Shown: positions 1-11,397, counted from the first letter of the whole stretch. The stretch: 56,027 nucleotides of DNA, filler included, from Sphacelaria rigidula (GCA_964200075.2; 5 parts of 5 records of this genome joined end to end with filler, not necessarily neighbours in it), one strand, 5' to 3'. Notes: a model not told the origin generated them from the letters alone. Numbers and translations: made by a program.

Positions 1-1
1 A

Positions 2-65
2 CTTTCAGATGCATGATCCCTGAGCGAGCTGGGGTATCTTCATCTCGACGACAACCTGCTCACGG
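2..65 (+). pseudogene. Degenerate LRR exon relic upstream of the ROC exon
   Basis: Frame 2 reads LSDA*SLSELGYLHLDDNLLTG (LxxLxxLxLxxNxLxG). It has an in-frame TGA at 14-16, and the expected phase-1 donor reads G|GG instead of G|GT. Confidence 0.6.
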
Positions 66-271
66 GGATGTGAGGTTGTCTGGGCATCTTCGGCGGAGCA
101 CTCAGCATGATGGTCGGTCGTTTGACTTTTTTTTTTGCACGCTCTATTTATTCCCTAGGATCCTGTTAGGATCTGGGAACTGTTTACAGGCGGATAATAC
201 GACACAATGACTCAAGCCCTTTTATGCCCGACCTGATCCCACCGTTGCACTTCGGCCTGTACTCTCACCAG

Positions 272-3200
272 GGACCGGTGAAGCAGAATATGCATTGCGA
301 CTGATGGACAGACATTTCTGGCATATAATGAAGAACAACCCGTGGATCATGCCGCCGGAGGCCGTGGTGGAGGCGGGGCTCGAGGCCGTGAGAGCGTACC
401 TCGTGGACGTCCAAGCGGCCAAGAATGCCGGGGCTGATGTCACGTCCCTCAATCTTCTGAAAGTTGTCTTGGTGGGATCGGCTTCGGCTGGAAAGACTAG
501 GTGAGTCACTCTGCGAGACAAATGCCCGCTGGTACGCAGCTTGATATAACGGATGGATAGCTGCACAACTCCACTTTTTCTGAATGTATTAGAATATGGG
601 GGTACTCGATTTCATGACAAGACTGCGTAGGCAACGACTTGCGACATGTGCCAGTCCGGTTGCGGCCTGGTGCCACGGCGTGAAGATGGAGGCTGGCTGA
701 CGGAGATGTATCCCGTACAAAGATGGGCGCGGATGCGGAAATTTTGTTGCAGATACTTGGAGGAAGCACAGTGCTTTGACCACATGCTGGATGGGGTTTT
801 TCTTTGCGCTGTTGGGGACATTTCGTATACCACCACCATATCCCACGCTCGTGAAAGCACCGTCCCATCGCACCCCCCTCGTGTCGCCGTGTTGAACGGT
901 TGCAGTTTGATGCAAAGCATTATCGCGGGTTGTGGCTCCCCAACGATGGGGACAAAAGCAGATCCAAGTACAGTTGGGGTGGAACTACACCCTCACCAGC
1001 TCGAGGACACAGCAGTTGAGTTCTTTGACTGCGCTGGGCAGGTCGACTACGCCGGAATGCATCAGACATTTCTTACCCGACGAGCTGTGTACCTGCTCGT
1101 GGTGGATGTCACGAAGTTCACCGTGGGGATTCCCGATGAGGTGGGCTGACCGAATTCTGATGCGTGGTGGACCGTAATCTTTGATGCTCGTAATTCTCCT
1201 TGGATGGTGTCGTGACGTTATACTGCTGTTCCAAGTGTCACTGCAGACCTTTTAGATGAACGAATGTGCCACGTCCCAGACGCTTCAAGGTATCATATGA
1301 AGAACATGGGAACGCTTGGCCGAGGAAGGTAGACTTGGCGTGAAGACTAATGCCCGTCAAATACCTGTTGGTGCAGGTAATCCACGAAGACATCATGCGG
1401 TGGCTGTACTACCTATACCTTCGGGCGCCAGGGTCCACCGTGATCCTCGTGGCCAACAAGTGTGACGGCTCGGTCGATGATTTCGCCGACAAGGTGAAAA
1501 TGGTCCACATCAGGGTACGGGATCTGTTGGATGAATGGCACGAGAACCGTGGTCTTGGAGGCCAGTGCAAGGGCCGTGTGACGGACTTGAATATTCTTCC
1601 ACACATGAGTCGTGTGAGCTGCGACGACAAAGGCTCCCCGGAGGCTTCGGGTCTCCCCGTGCTGGTAGATCTGATTTTGAAGCAGGCTGCTACGTCCATC
1701 CGCGTGCCTCCCGCGTGGGACCTTGCACTCGGAATGATCAAGGACCTGAGAGCTAGTCGCGATCCAGTACGGGCTGCTCGGGAGAAGCTGGGGTTGTCGA
1801 ACACGCACTCGACCGACGGCATCGGGAATTCGCACGCTTCACCCTTCATCTCGAAGGACGAGCTTTCCCTACAGTGGAAACACGTCGTGGAAAATGTTCG
1901 AGGCGATGTACCGAAGGCGACTGTTTCTAACTGGGATAGTGCTCTCAACGGTGCACTATGGATAAGGTGTGTCCATTGTAGGTTGGTGGAGAACTGTTAG
2001 TTGTTTCCCAACCCAGACCGGAAGCCAGTTTTGGTGCAAGTAGCTTGATTGGAACGAGGTTTTCACCTTGAATTTTTTGTATTGTTTTCCTTTGCTCACA
2101 CATGTACCACGTCTGCTTTTCCGTCCACACAAACATGCCCTCTCCGCTCTATCCTGCTTTTGTCTGCTTTCGACTGCTGTCGTCTGCTTTTGTCTTCAGT
2201 GATTTCGCGGGGCACACACTCCGCATTGATGGTGGTGACGGCATCTTCCTGGACGTGCTATGGCTTTCGAAGGTCTTGAACCCTATCGTGAGCCACAAGT
2301 TGAGGAATAGACGGTTCGACCACGAGCGGCTGCCAATGAAACGGAAGCTGGTCGACGACAAGATTTTGCAACCCAAGTTCGCCCTTCACCTTTGGGACAT
2401 GGACACCGATCGTGTAACGCTGCGGCCGGAGGTCAAGAGAGCACTCTTTCGCACCCTCGTCAAGCTAGGTGTTGCTCTCCCCCTCGGGTGCTCAGCCTAC
2501 GGGGACAGCAATGAACCGGGAGATATGCTGGTTATCATGAGGCTCGAAGAAAAGTGCGATGGTGATAAGCAAAGGATGTTTGAACAAAGCCTTGCCGAAA
2601 ATAGGCAACCAGGTGACAGCGAAGTGACTCTAAAGTGGGAATTCGACAAGGCGGGCCCCCCGCAGGGGTTAGTAGAGCGGTTAATAGCCTCCTGCCATGT
2701 TCTCGGCGAGGTCGACGCGAAAGTGTGCTGGAGATATGGAGCTGCATTTAAATGTCGCCGCAAGGAAAGTAGTGCCGCAGGGAAACGTTCGTTATTCACG
2801 GTTGCCCTCAGCATGGCGAGCTACAACGGTCATGAGCTAGAGTTCACGGCGAGGGTGGTCGGGCCGCTTGAAAATGCGAGGGTCTGGGCAGCAATCCGCT
2901 ACGTGGCATCTGGCATGCTCACCTTGTCCAAGGAGTGGCCTGGAGTACTGTGGGAGGCATGGCCAGTGTGTACGGAGGCCCACGCCAAGAAAGTGTACCT
3001 GGCGTCGTCGGTACGAATATTCAGTGTCGCTATGACAGTTTGTGTTGTTATTCCCCGCTCTTCGGGTATAATACCGGAGATCAATTTACTCATCGTCGCA
3101 CTTGGACTGACCCTCACGCGGGGATCCCAACGGTGGTCACACCATGTATGTAGCCGAGGCAGTGAAATCTAAACACCCGCCGCAAAATTCAGGAGTGAAA

Positions 3201-4084
3201 GAAATACACGATGCAGAGTGAACTGTGGAAACGAGAAGGAACGAGAAAAACATGACGAGAAGGAGGAAATAACCAAGCATGTCCGCTCTCTGCCTTGTGT
3301 GATAACAACTCCCTTTTGCCTGGCGGGTGTTCGCAGGCCGAGCTCGGCGACCTCCTGCTTCCCGCTGCAGCCCCAGATGCGATAAGCGACGAGTGGTGCG
3401 AGTGCTTGCTGGAGTCGAGAGGTGTGCTCGCGCATGTTCGCGAAAAACTGGGCGTCGTAGTTGACACAAGAGAAGGTGTGGGCAAAGTTGGTGTTGGCTT
3501 GATTCGCTTTGAGTGTGGTATGGCAACGACGAAACAAATACAAAAGTGCTTTCTGATATGACGAAAGCGTATGTTTGTGTAAAACGGGTCCGTACGAATA
3601 TCGTCACCAACCACGCATCTCGTTCGCCGCTCATCTTTTTTTACTGTTCCGTGTGGCAGAAGTGACTGAAGTTCACTGCACGTTTCACCGAATGATCACA
3701 CCCCGCTTGCTGTCCTCAATAGATCCATTCGATGGCGAACAAGACGAGCCGGGGGAACCTCGAGAGGGCGATGGGACCGGTGCGACGAACACCTGCGCGG
3801 ACGAAGCGTTCGAACGATGGGTGCCGCACGCGTGGGATACCGCAAAAGGGCTCTTTGGCCTTGCCGTGACAGTGTTCTTGGGAGCAGTCGTGGTGGGCAT
3901 AGTGGAAGATGAGAATACGCTGTGGAAGACTTGTTTGGCGGTTATGGTTCTTCTGGTCGTATTGGCTGTATGCGCTGCAGCTATCTCGTGCAAATTCCCG
4001 AGCCGGCGAGAGGCTTGTGACGAGGAACGGCGAAGGGGAGGCCAGCAGGGAAGGTCCGAGAACGATGCTGCCGCCATGGCATGA
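272..4084 (+). CDS. ROCO-family LRR-GTPase (ROC-COR, C-terminal transmembrane hairpin), 5'-partial
   Basis: Spliced model with GT-AG introns: exons 272-500, 906-1140, 1377-1966, 2200-3010, 3337-3475, 3723-4084, phases consistent. LRR C-cap NNPWIMPPEAVV; G1 GSASAGKT|S (split by intron 501-905); G2 STVG; G3 DCAGQ; G4 NKCD; G5 VSC. COR motifs IFLDVLWLSKVL and PQGLVERLIASCH...WRYGA. Two hydrophobic helices in the last exon. The last two exons are less certain. Confidence 0.9.
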
Positions 4085-4284
4085 CCTCTGACGCCTCATT
4101 GAATGCACGGTACAGCTGTATGTTTCACTGGGAGCTATTTTTCTCAGTGCTTTCCGTTGTGCGGTCAAGTCATATGGCGATGCAGCCGCTGGGGCAAAAG
4201 TGCGCACTTAGTAGCCCATTTGGAATGGGAGGCGCAATCACAGCGAATTTGTAGTACTGGTTTGTAGGGACAGATTCGAGGGAC

Positions 4285-4527
4285 GGGTGATGGTGTGTGC
4301 GTTTACAGGAAGCGCACCCCGAATATGCCACTTTAGCAAATGCGTTCGGCTATAGTCAAGACGCCCTGGAACATGGCAGCGAAGAGTCACAACGTATGCT
4401 GCGCCGGGGTGATTGTGTGCACGCGTTCACAGAAAGCGCACCCCGAATGTTCCACTTTGGCAAATGCGTTCGACTATAGTCAGGACGCCCTGGAACATGG
4501 CAGCGATGAGTACACGTATGCTGCGCC
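4285..4527. repeat. Tandem duplication, about 122-bp unit, 2 copies
   Basis: gggtga...aagcgcaccccgaat...gcaaatgcgttcg...gacgccctggaacatggcagcga...acgtatgctgcgcc starts at 4285 and again at 4407. Confidence 0.85.
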
Positions 4528-5899
4528 CGATAGTATTCCTTTTGACACGCAACCAAGATTCGTGGAGTGCGTTCGGTGGAGCATGGCTGATGTAAATTCG
4601 ATAAACATGGAAGTATAAGACGTGGCATCATACATTGAAGTAGGGATAACTGTCACAGTCTGTGAAATGATGTAGTGTGTCGCGTAGAGGGTTCATCAGT
4701 GGACAGATGTGCCACAATTTGCACTCACCTTCTAGCACCTTGATTTTCACGTGCGAAAATCAATCATCAATCACGGCTGGTATACACCCGGCGAGGCGAA
4801 TGTGCGGTTTTTCAGTCTCCGGTGCGCAGTTTCTGTAGAGCATCTCTTTCAACATGTACTCCAAAATTTGAAGAATATATAAGTGATCCTTTGGTCCCTG
4901 TGTGAACAGGACTCCAGACGGTAGATCCACTTTGGGACTGATTTCTGCTTTACGCAACAGTGCCGATTATTGGCCCACTCGTTGTTACTACTTCGTGTAT
5001 ACACCAGTACGTGGCGAAGTGGTGGGAGAGGTCATACGCGAGGACTGATTCCAACACAAATAGGTCTCCCCTAGTTCAACCAGTCTCAAACGGATATATT
5101 GTGGCGCGGGTGGCCTTTTCTCGTGTAGATGTTTGTTTCTTGCTTTTTCCTGCGGACTACGGGTATATTGGTGGTATGGTCCTCGCACTCTGTGACCACG
5201 CGTTCGAGAGATCGAGCTAATGTGATTAATAAAATGATGATAATCATGATGATTAACTTCCAACATAGTACAACATAAGCTGTTCAAAACCTGTCCTCGC
5301 TTTGCCTAATTCCCAACATCAGGCATGGGAAAAAAATGGATAATTTCAAAACGGCCTCTGCGGTACAAATATCATACATTGGCGATATAGAATACATTAT
5401 GTGGGATTCGTCCAAAACTGAGATGAATCTTCGTTTTGCCCAATTTATGCGATTGTACACAACGAGAATCAAGGTCGAACGGTCGCTGCTCTTCATGTCC
5501 GATATACTGGATATTGGGCAATCATGAAACGTCGCGAGTGAAGGCTGGGTAAGTGGCCGTAGGTGGGTGTCGAAGCGACAAGTCCCGTGTCGTCAGGTGC
5601 TCGGGGCGCTGCATGGAAAAACCGGTAGTGAAAAGCATGACCGGATGGTCATCAAATTCCACCCACCAATCTCAACAACGGGGAGGACGATATCAAACCG
5701 AGAGGGGGATGAGCCACTGCCATCTGTCACAAAGTGCCCTGCTTGCGCAGTTGATCTAAGTGAGTCGAGGGGTACATAAGGATTGGGAATGACGAACCCC
5801 AACCCCCCACGACCCCTTTTTTGGGCTGATTTTTTGGACAAAAAAACGGGAAATTCTTCAGATGTTGCCACTGTGTGCCGCGTTCGTGTTCGGGACTTG

Positions 5900-7550
5900 G
5901 TCTTGATGTGCCAAACACCTTCGTGCGCTGGAAGGCGACACTAACAGTGTGTTCGCACGATGAAGAAACGTAAAGGGGGACAGCGGGGTAGGCGCCTCTT
6001 GGCAATATTGCGCTGACCCGATTCACTTTCGACAAACGCAGGAAAACGTTTTTTGCCGGGGATTTGTGCCACTTGATCGCAATATGTCTCGCACTCTCGT
6101 CCATGTTTCTCCGCGCCCGACTCAGCGTAATCATGACACAAGCCTTGGGCTTGTCGATTCTGGAGCAGGGCGCACTCTCGTCTGCGTTGTCCACAGCGAT
6201 GTGATCGTCCATACCATACTTGCAGACATGTACTGTGGCTGCACACAAAACTTACACAGCATGGGCAGGTTGGTGCAGGGAGTTGACCTGGTCGACATTT
6301 TCGCCGAAAAAAAAATCCAGTTGTACCTCCTCGACCCGCATGTGTGCCCTGGGCGCGCAACGGCAGTTGGACAGTACTGTTCCGATCTGGTCACGCTTGG
6401 TTGGAACCTGGACGGAAGACCGGTACTGTTTCAAGCAACGCTGAAAAGGACCCCACGCTAAATGGTGCACAAACGGTACTGGTGGATGTCCAGCTTGGGC
6501 ACGTGTTGTTGTTTGACCTCGCTCCAGCGTCTGTACAATCATCAACGGTTTTACAACGGTACACTGCGATGAAGTATTTCACCACCACAGTACTTTCAGA
6601 TAGTTGATGGCGAAACTGAATTCGAGTAATAAGCACGGACTTGACGCCCGGCGCCCAACCCCGCCGATTTTTTTTTATTTTGTGTTTTTCAACGTCTTGG
6701 GGTCTTCTTCATTATCATTCACGGTACCCGTGATGAATCGATACGGATTGTTTCGGAGTTCCGGAGCAACTTGTAGTCCGTCGAGCTGCTGCGGAGTTTT
6801 TCCACGCCTGGCACCAGTGACATGTAAAGCGCAGGTGTGGACAGAGAGACACCCGTACCTCTCGGAAAACAGCAACGGTCTGGCCGTGAAGTCCGGCACT
6901 GAGACACGCTTGGAGTAGCAACCCCTTGCGATATTTTGCTGTGTCACGTTCCTCGTGCGCCGCGCTAATTCCTACACGGAGGATCCCTGCCTGAAGGGGT
7001 TTCAAGGAACTACACCAGTCCTGCGCCAAAATTGAAAGAAGACAATCCACTACCGGCATGCCCGCATAGAAGTAGCATTTGCAGCGGCCCCGACACAATG
7101 GAGCATCGCCCCAGCACCGGTATCGCTCGCAAGCCTAGCACATGAAGTAATAATTTTCCGCGTGGGGTGGTATGAATTATGGTGCTCTTCGCTGGTGCAT
7201 GTCGTGCACAACGCAACGAATTCTATGAAAAAAAGGTTCAAGTCTGAAACATAACTTTTCCACCCTTTGAGCAGTGGTCCCCAAACACTTTTTTGTCGAG
7301 CTAATGCCCCTCGATCGCGTAGACACTTTTTCACGGTTGGGACGAATCATCGACTCCAAATCACCGAATTCCCGATTTTCGACCTGATTGCTCGTAAGGG
7401 AGAGGAAGGTTGATCGCTGGTACAAGGTGTATCCACGCAACCTTTGCACACCCTGGACAGTGGACACAATGATAGTTCTTTGCTGCAGCCACAGACACGG
7501 GGGAAAATCTACCGATATATATTTTTCGAACACAAGAAATGGTGAAAGAC
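5900..7550 (-). pseudogene. Decayed Cys/His-rich coding sequence, probably a DNA-transposon remnant
   Basis: Frameshifted minus-strand fragments: VSTVQGVQRLRGY, LSNCRC, STPCTNLPMLCKFC, then in a shifted frame VCKYGMDDH, suggesting a zinc-binding C-terminal module. No intact ORF, and no termini found. Confidence 0.3.
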
Positions 7551-8754
7551 TTCATTAATTAGCATTGCAAGGAATGAGGGATGTTGCAATAGTCGATTGA
7601 TAGCCTGTGGCAATTATTAAAAATGACGATCACTCGCCATCGATGGAAATGGTGTACCGCATACCGCATATGAACACCCGCCGTTATCAAATGGTATGGT
7701 AAGGCATCCATCAGTAGCGATTGCCTTCAACAGATCAAGTGAGTCATCCATCAGTAGCTATTACCGCCAACAAAAGATTCGGTGAGCCGTCTATCGGTCG
7801 CCTCTCCCGCCAAAAAATGCCAGTGCATCTTTTGGTATATACCGATATGGGCGTTGGTCAACAATCGATTGCTCTCCGGAGCACCCATCGATAGCCAGTG
7901 ACGCCAACGATCGGTTTTGAAAAACAGATTGCTCACTGCAGTGGTCTCATGATACCAACGGCAACACGCAACGACCTGAAGCGAACTCTGGCCATGGTTT
8001 CTGTGGAATGAGGCGAAAACACACCCAAGAATGTGCGTACATGGCGTCAGTGATCGACGCCATTCAGCTACCCTTGTGGTCAACAATAAATAATGAAGGC
8101 CGCAATTTCAAATTGCATCTCCACGAGCGATATACATTGGCGGGCGCGATTCAGACTCTATCGTGGACCTAAATAGACACTGTGCGCAATGAGTATCCCA
8201 ATGTGACCACCAAAATGTATTGGTGACATAAATTCAGAGCCTTTTGCAACAAATTGAATGTACGGTAGACAACTTGACCCTTATATTCTCACGGCCGCGT
8301 GGTAACTATCATGTCCCCTGTCCCGAATCTTGTTCGTATACAAGCTCTCGATAGGCTTTGATGCCAGTGGATGATGACGGACAAGAAATATTGAAGCTCG
8401 AATTTTTGGGGGTCATTGCGGCGCCGATTTCCTATTACATAGTCCATTGTCCAGGGTAAAAGCAAATCTCATCCACTCACAACAGTATTGTAAGCACTCA
8501 TGTCTATGAGAGGGACAACCATGAATATCAACACCTCGCTAACAACAATAGCTGCAAACTTTTGCCTACACATGTTGCGGCTTCCTACAAAATACTACCG
8601 TTCCACAGTCGTAGAAAGGTGGGCGAAAATATTCACATATCGTACCACTGTATACCCATTGCATGTTTACCTGCGGCTTCTCTACCATACCTTGACGGAG
8701 TATAATATTCATTATGCACCACGGTTGATTCTGGTATGTATCTATCGTTAGTCA

Positions 8755-9007
8755 TTGCCGCCACGCATAGGATTATACGCAATCCATCAAAATTTATTGC
8801 CGTCATCAAAAGATGTGGTTTGCAATCTGTCAGGAGCCATCGTCGTCATGAGTAGGTTTTACACGCGTTCTGTCGATAGCCGTTGCCGCCATGCATAGAT
8901 TTTTACGCAATCCATCAAAAACTATTGCCGTCATCGAAAGATTTGGTATGCGATCTGTCAAGAGCAATCGTCATGGGTAAATTCCACACGCGTTCTGTCG
9001 ATAGCCA
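8755..9007. repeat. Tandem repeat, about 128-bp unit, 2 copies
   Basis: ttgccgcca(c/t)gcatag...acgcaatccatcaaaa...attgccgtcatc(a/g)aaagat...acacgcgttctgtcgatagcc occurs twice. Confidence 0.8.
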
Positions 9008-10766
9008 TGGCCGTCACCAATAGATTTCAAAAGCCATCGATCGACGCATTTAGTCGGCCGCAAAAGATTTCGGTGTTGGGCGATAGCAGACTGCTGCCCA
9101 GACACAAGTGTGGGAAACTGGTCTATCGATAGACAAAACAATAGGAATATATACCTGCCGACCGATGGCTATTAGAGATGGCAGTATTGGCATTTATTGC
9201 AGCGGATTCCGCCTATTATCCAGGGTGTGAACTTTTGCACCCTTCTAAGCGTCTGGGCTGCGTGTACATAGATGGCAACGCTGGAATGGAGCCTAGGGAT
9301 CGATTCGTCACGAGTCATCTCATTATACTAGAACCAAGTGAATCCCAGACGGATCAAAATTTGTCCGACCCTTGTATTCTTTTCAGCGTATTTTACCGAA
9401 CCAGTGAGCTTACAGCCCTGACCACAACTGCTGTTTTCCATGATATCCCCCCACACACCACACACTCCCCACCCCCTACCCCCCATATAATTGAGTGGAA
9501 ACGGCGGTTTCGTTCAGCGATCGAGGATTAGACCGAGGCGAGGAGGGCGCGATCCGGCTAGTACACGACGAAATCAATCCGTCATTATTTTCAAGTCCAT
9601 TTTTCTCCTCAAGACAGTATATGGTCGAAACAGTGACAATCACTTTTCACGAGTGTCGGTGTATCCACCCGTCGTCAATGGGAGGAGAAATGAGTATTGC
9701 TTGATGATTCCCTCCTTCTAAGTATTTCCGATTGTAATGATTCGGGTGTAACGATGAGACTGGAGATATTTCTGCCAGGCGGGCGGGTGGTGTCTCAACA
9801 ACTGACTATTTCGTCTCTGTTTTTCAGTGATGAACAGGGGATGGAAATGAAGCGAGGAGAGTGGCCGATATATTAGAGACCTCCCTTTCTCATCCCTAAT
9901 ACTAATCGAATTTACCCCCAACCAATTTTTATTAATCATAAACCTTTTTGGGACCGCATCCCCACTAACACAGGGTTAACCCCGTCTTGGTGGAATGATC
10001 AAAAATATGTCTTGAAGCGACCTACCTAAACACAGTAGGGCGAAAGTCATCGACGAGAGCGGAACGACCAGCACGAGGATTATTGTCGGATGTGATTCCA
10101 CTGCAAATATCGTGTGGGGCCCTATCCCTGGCCCAGATGAGCTTTCCCAGTTTTCCAAATGCAGGGTGGTTGCAGCTTGCATTTATGGTATTACTTGCAC
10201 TCGGTGTACCGCTCCCGAGTTTTTCCAGAGCTTTTTTTGGGTCCCAGATCTATACTAAAACGTAAGTATTTACGCGAACACAGGGTGGGCCATTTTCACG
10301 AGGCATGAAATCCAGGGGGGCTGTGGAGAGACAGAAGGAGCTACCGTCATGGATTCTGCGCATCCCTATGCCGATGACTTGCAGTTTGCAGTCAACGTGT
10401 ACGTAGCGGGCGGGGATGAGAAAGCGGTATAAAGGCAGCTAGTATCGGTAGCTGAGAATTACCCGAAACGTGCGAGGTAGTATGCAGCGGCAGCTGCTGC
10501 TTCACTTGGAGAGGCGTACTACAGTGTACTGTACTATTCTGTTGTATGTATGCGCACCGCAGCGCTGATACCCTTCGAAGAGAATTTTCCACACGCAACA
10601 AACGGGGCGAGGCGGCGCGCCCCGACCACAAAGGGCTGTATGACGAGGTGATGAGGACAAAGGGCGGCCCGCCGGTCGGGTATCTTGTTGGAAGCTTGTT
10701 ACTTGAAATGTACGATATAGCAGACATGATGCGATATGATCCACGCTCCTTTCGCCCAACATGCAG

Positions 10767-10838
10767 GCGAAATACCGTCGTCGCTGAATCAGCTAAAGAA
10801 CCTGCAGGAGCTTTCTCTCAGCGACAACCAGCTCAGCG
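10767..10838 (+). CDS. LRR exon 1 of a second LRR/ROCO-type gene (one 24-aa repeat per exon)
   Basis: tgcag|GC...AGC G|gtaagt; exactly 72 nt, phase 1-1; GEIPSSLNQLKNLQELSLSDNQLS(G). Confidence 0.92.
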
Positions 10839-11030
10839 GTAAGTCTCTTAAACGCGTCCTAGTGTGCGTAAGCAGGGCCGATAGCCGGACTCCCTCTGAT
10901 GGTGCCAGTCCGGGTCCCGTTGATGTCCTGCGGCACTGTGTTCCGTCCACGTGCGGGCGAAACACAGTTGTAGAAACGATATAGCAGACATGATGCGATA
11001 TGATCCACGCTCCCTTTGCCAAACATGCAG

Positions 11031-11102
11031 GCGAGATACCGTCGTCGCTGGGACAGCTGGAGAACCTGCAGCATCTTTTCCTCAACGACAACCAGCTCAG
11101 CG
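11031..11102 (+). CDS. LRR exon 2 of the same array (gene truncated by contig end)
   Basis: tgcag|GC...AGC G|gtgagt; 72 nt, phase 1-1; GEIPSSLGQLENLQHLFLNDNQLS(G); 264 bp after exon 1. Confidence 0.92.
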
Positions 11103-11127
11103 GTGAGTCTCTCAAACGCGTCCTAGT

Positions 11128-11227
11128 NNNNNNNNNNNNNNNNNNNNNNNNNNNNNNNNNNNNNNNNNNNNTTAATTAATTAANNNNNNNNNNNNNNNNN
11201 NNNNNNNNNNNNNNNNNNNNNNNNNNN
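11128..11227. other. Artificial contig linker
   Basis: N44-TTAATTAATTAA-N44; stop codons in all six frames. Confidence 0.97.
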
Positions 11228-11275
11228 AGAGAAGAAAAAAATGCGTACCTCCCCCCCCCCCCCCCCCCTCTTCCC

Positions 11276-11349
11276 GCTCCGTCTCAAAAGGGACGCATGA
11301 TCAATGGTCAAACGACGAAGGCAAGCAACAGATGAGTATGCCCCCCCCC
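11276..11349 (+). repeat. Short interspersed repeat family A (about 75-bp core ending in poly-C); at least 8 copies in the window
   Basis: Consensus GCTCCGTCTCGAAAGGGATGCGTGGTCAATGGTCAAACGACTAAGGCAAGCAAGAAATGAGTACGCCCCC. Other copies at about 12938-13005(-), 15667-15737(+), 16905-16978(-), 22230-22310(+), 33749-33824(-), 34203-34278(-), and partial 37862-37888(-). Confidence 0.85.
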
Positions 11350-11397
11350 TTCCCTCGACCCCGTCTCCATCGACTGCTCATGTCGCCAACAACACAG

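Noticed and set aside
6275-6312. GENVDQVNSL resembles a KDZ/Zisupton transposase motif
   Set aside because: It overlaps the more convincing PCTNLP...C..C frame, and no other KDZ motifs were found.
10934-10969. CACTGTG and CACAGTT resemble V(D)J RSS heptamers within the LRR array intron
   Set aside because: There is no nonamer at 12- or 23-bp spacing, they do not abut the exons, and a 7-mer arises easily by chance. Kept only as part of a hairpin.
10712-11127. Conserved repeat with variable insert, CRISPR- or DGR-like
   Set aside because: The units are spliceosomal exons with canonical sites, there is no cas gene or DGR RT, and the changes are not adenine-specific.
11172-11183. TTAATTAATTAA palindromes inside N runs
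   Set aside because: Assembly linker, not biological.
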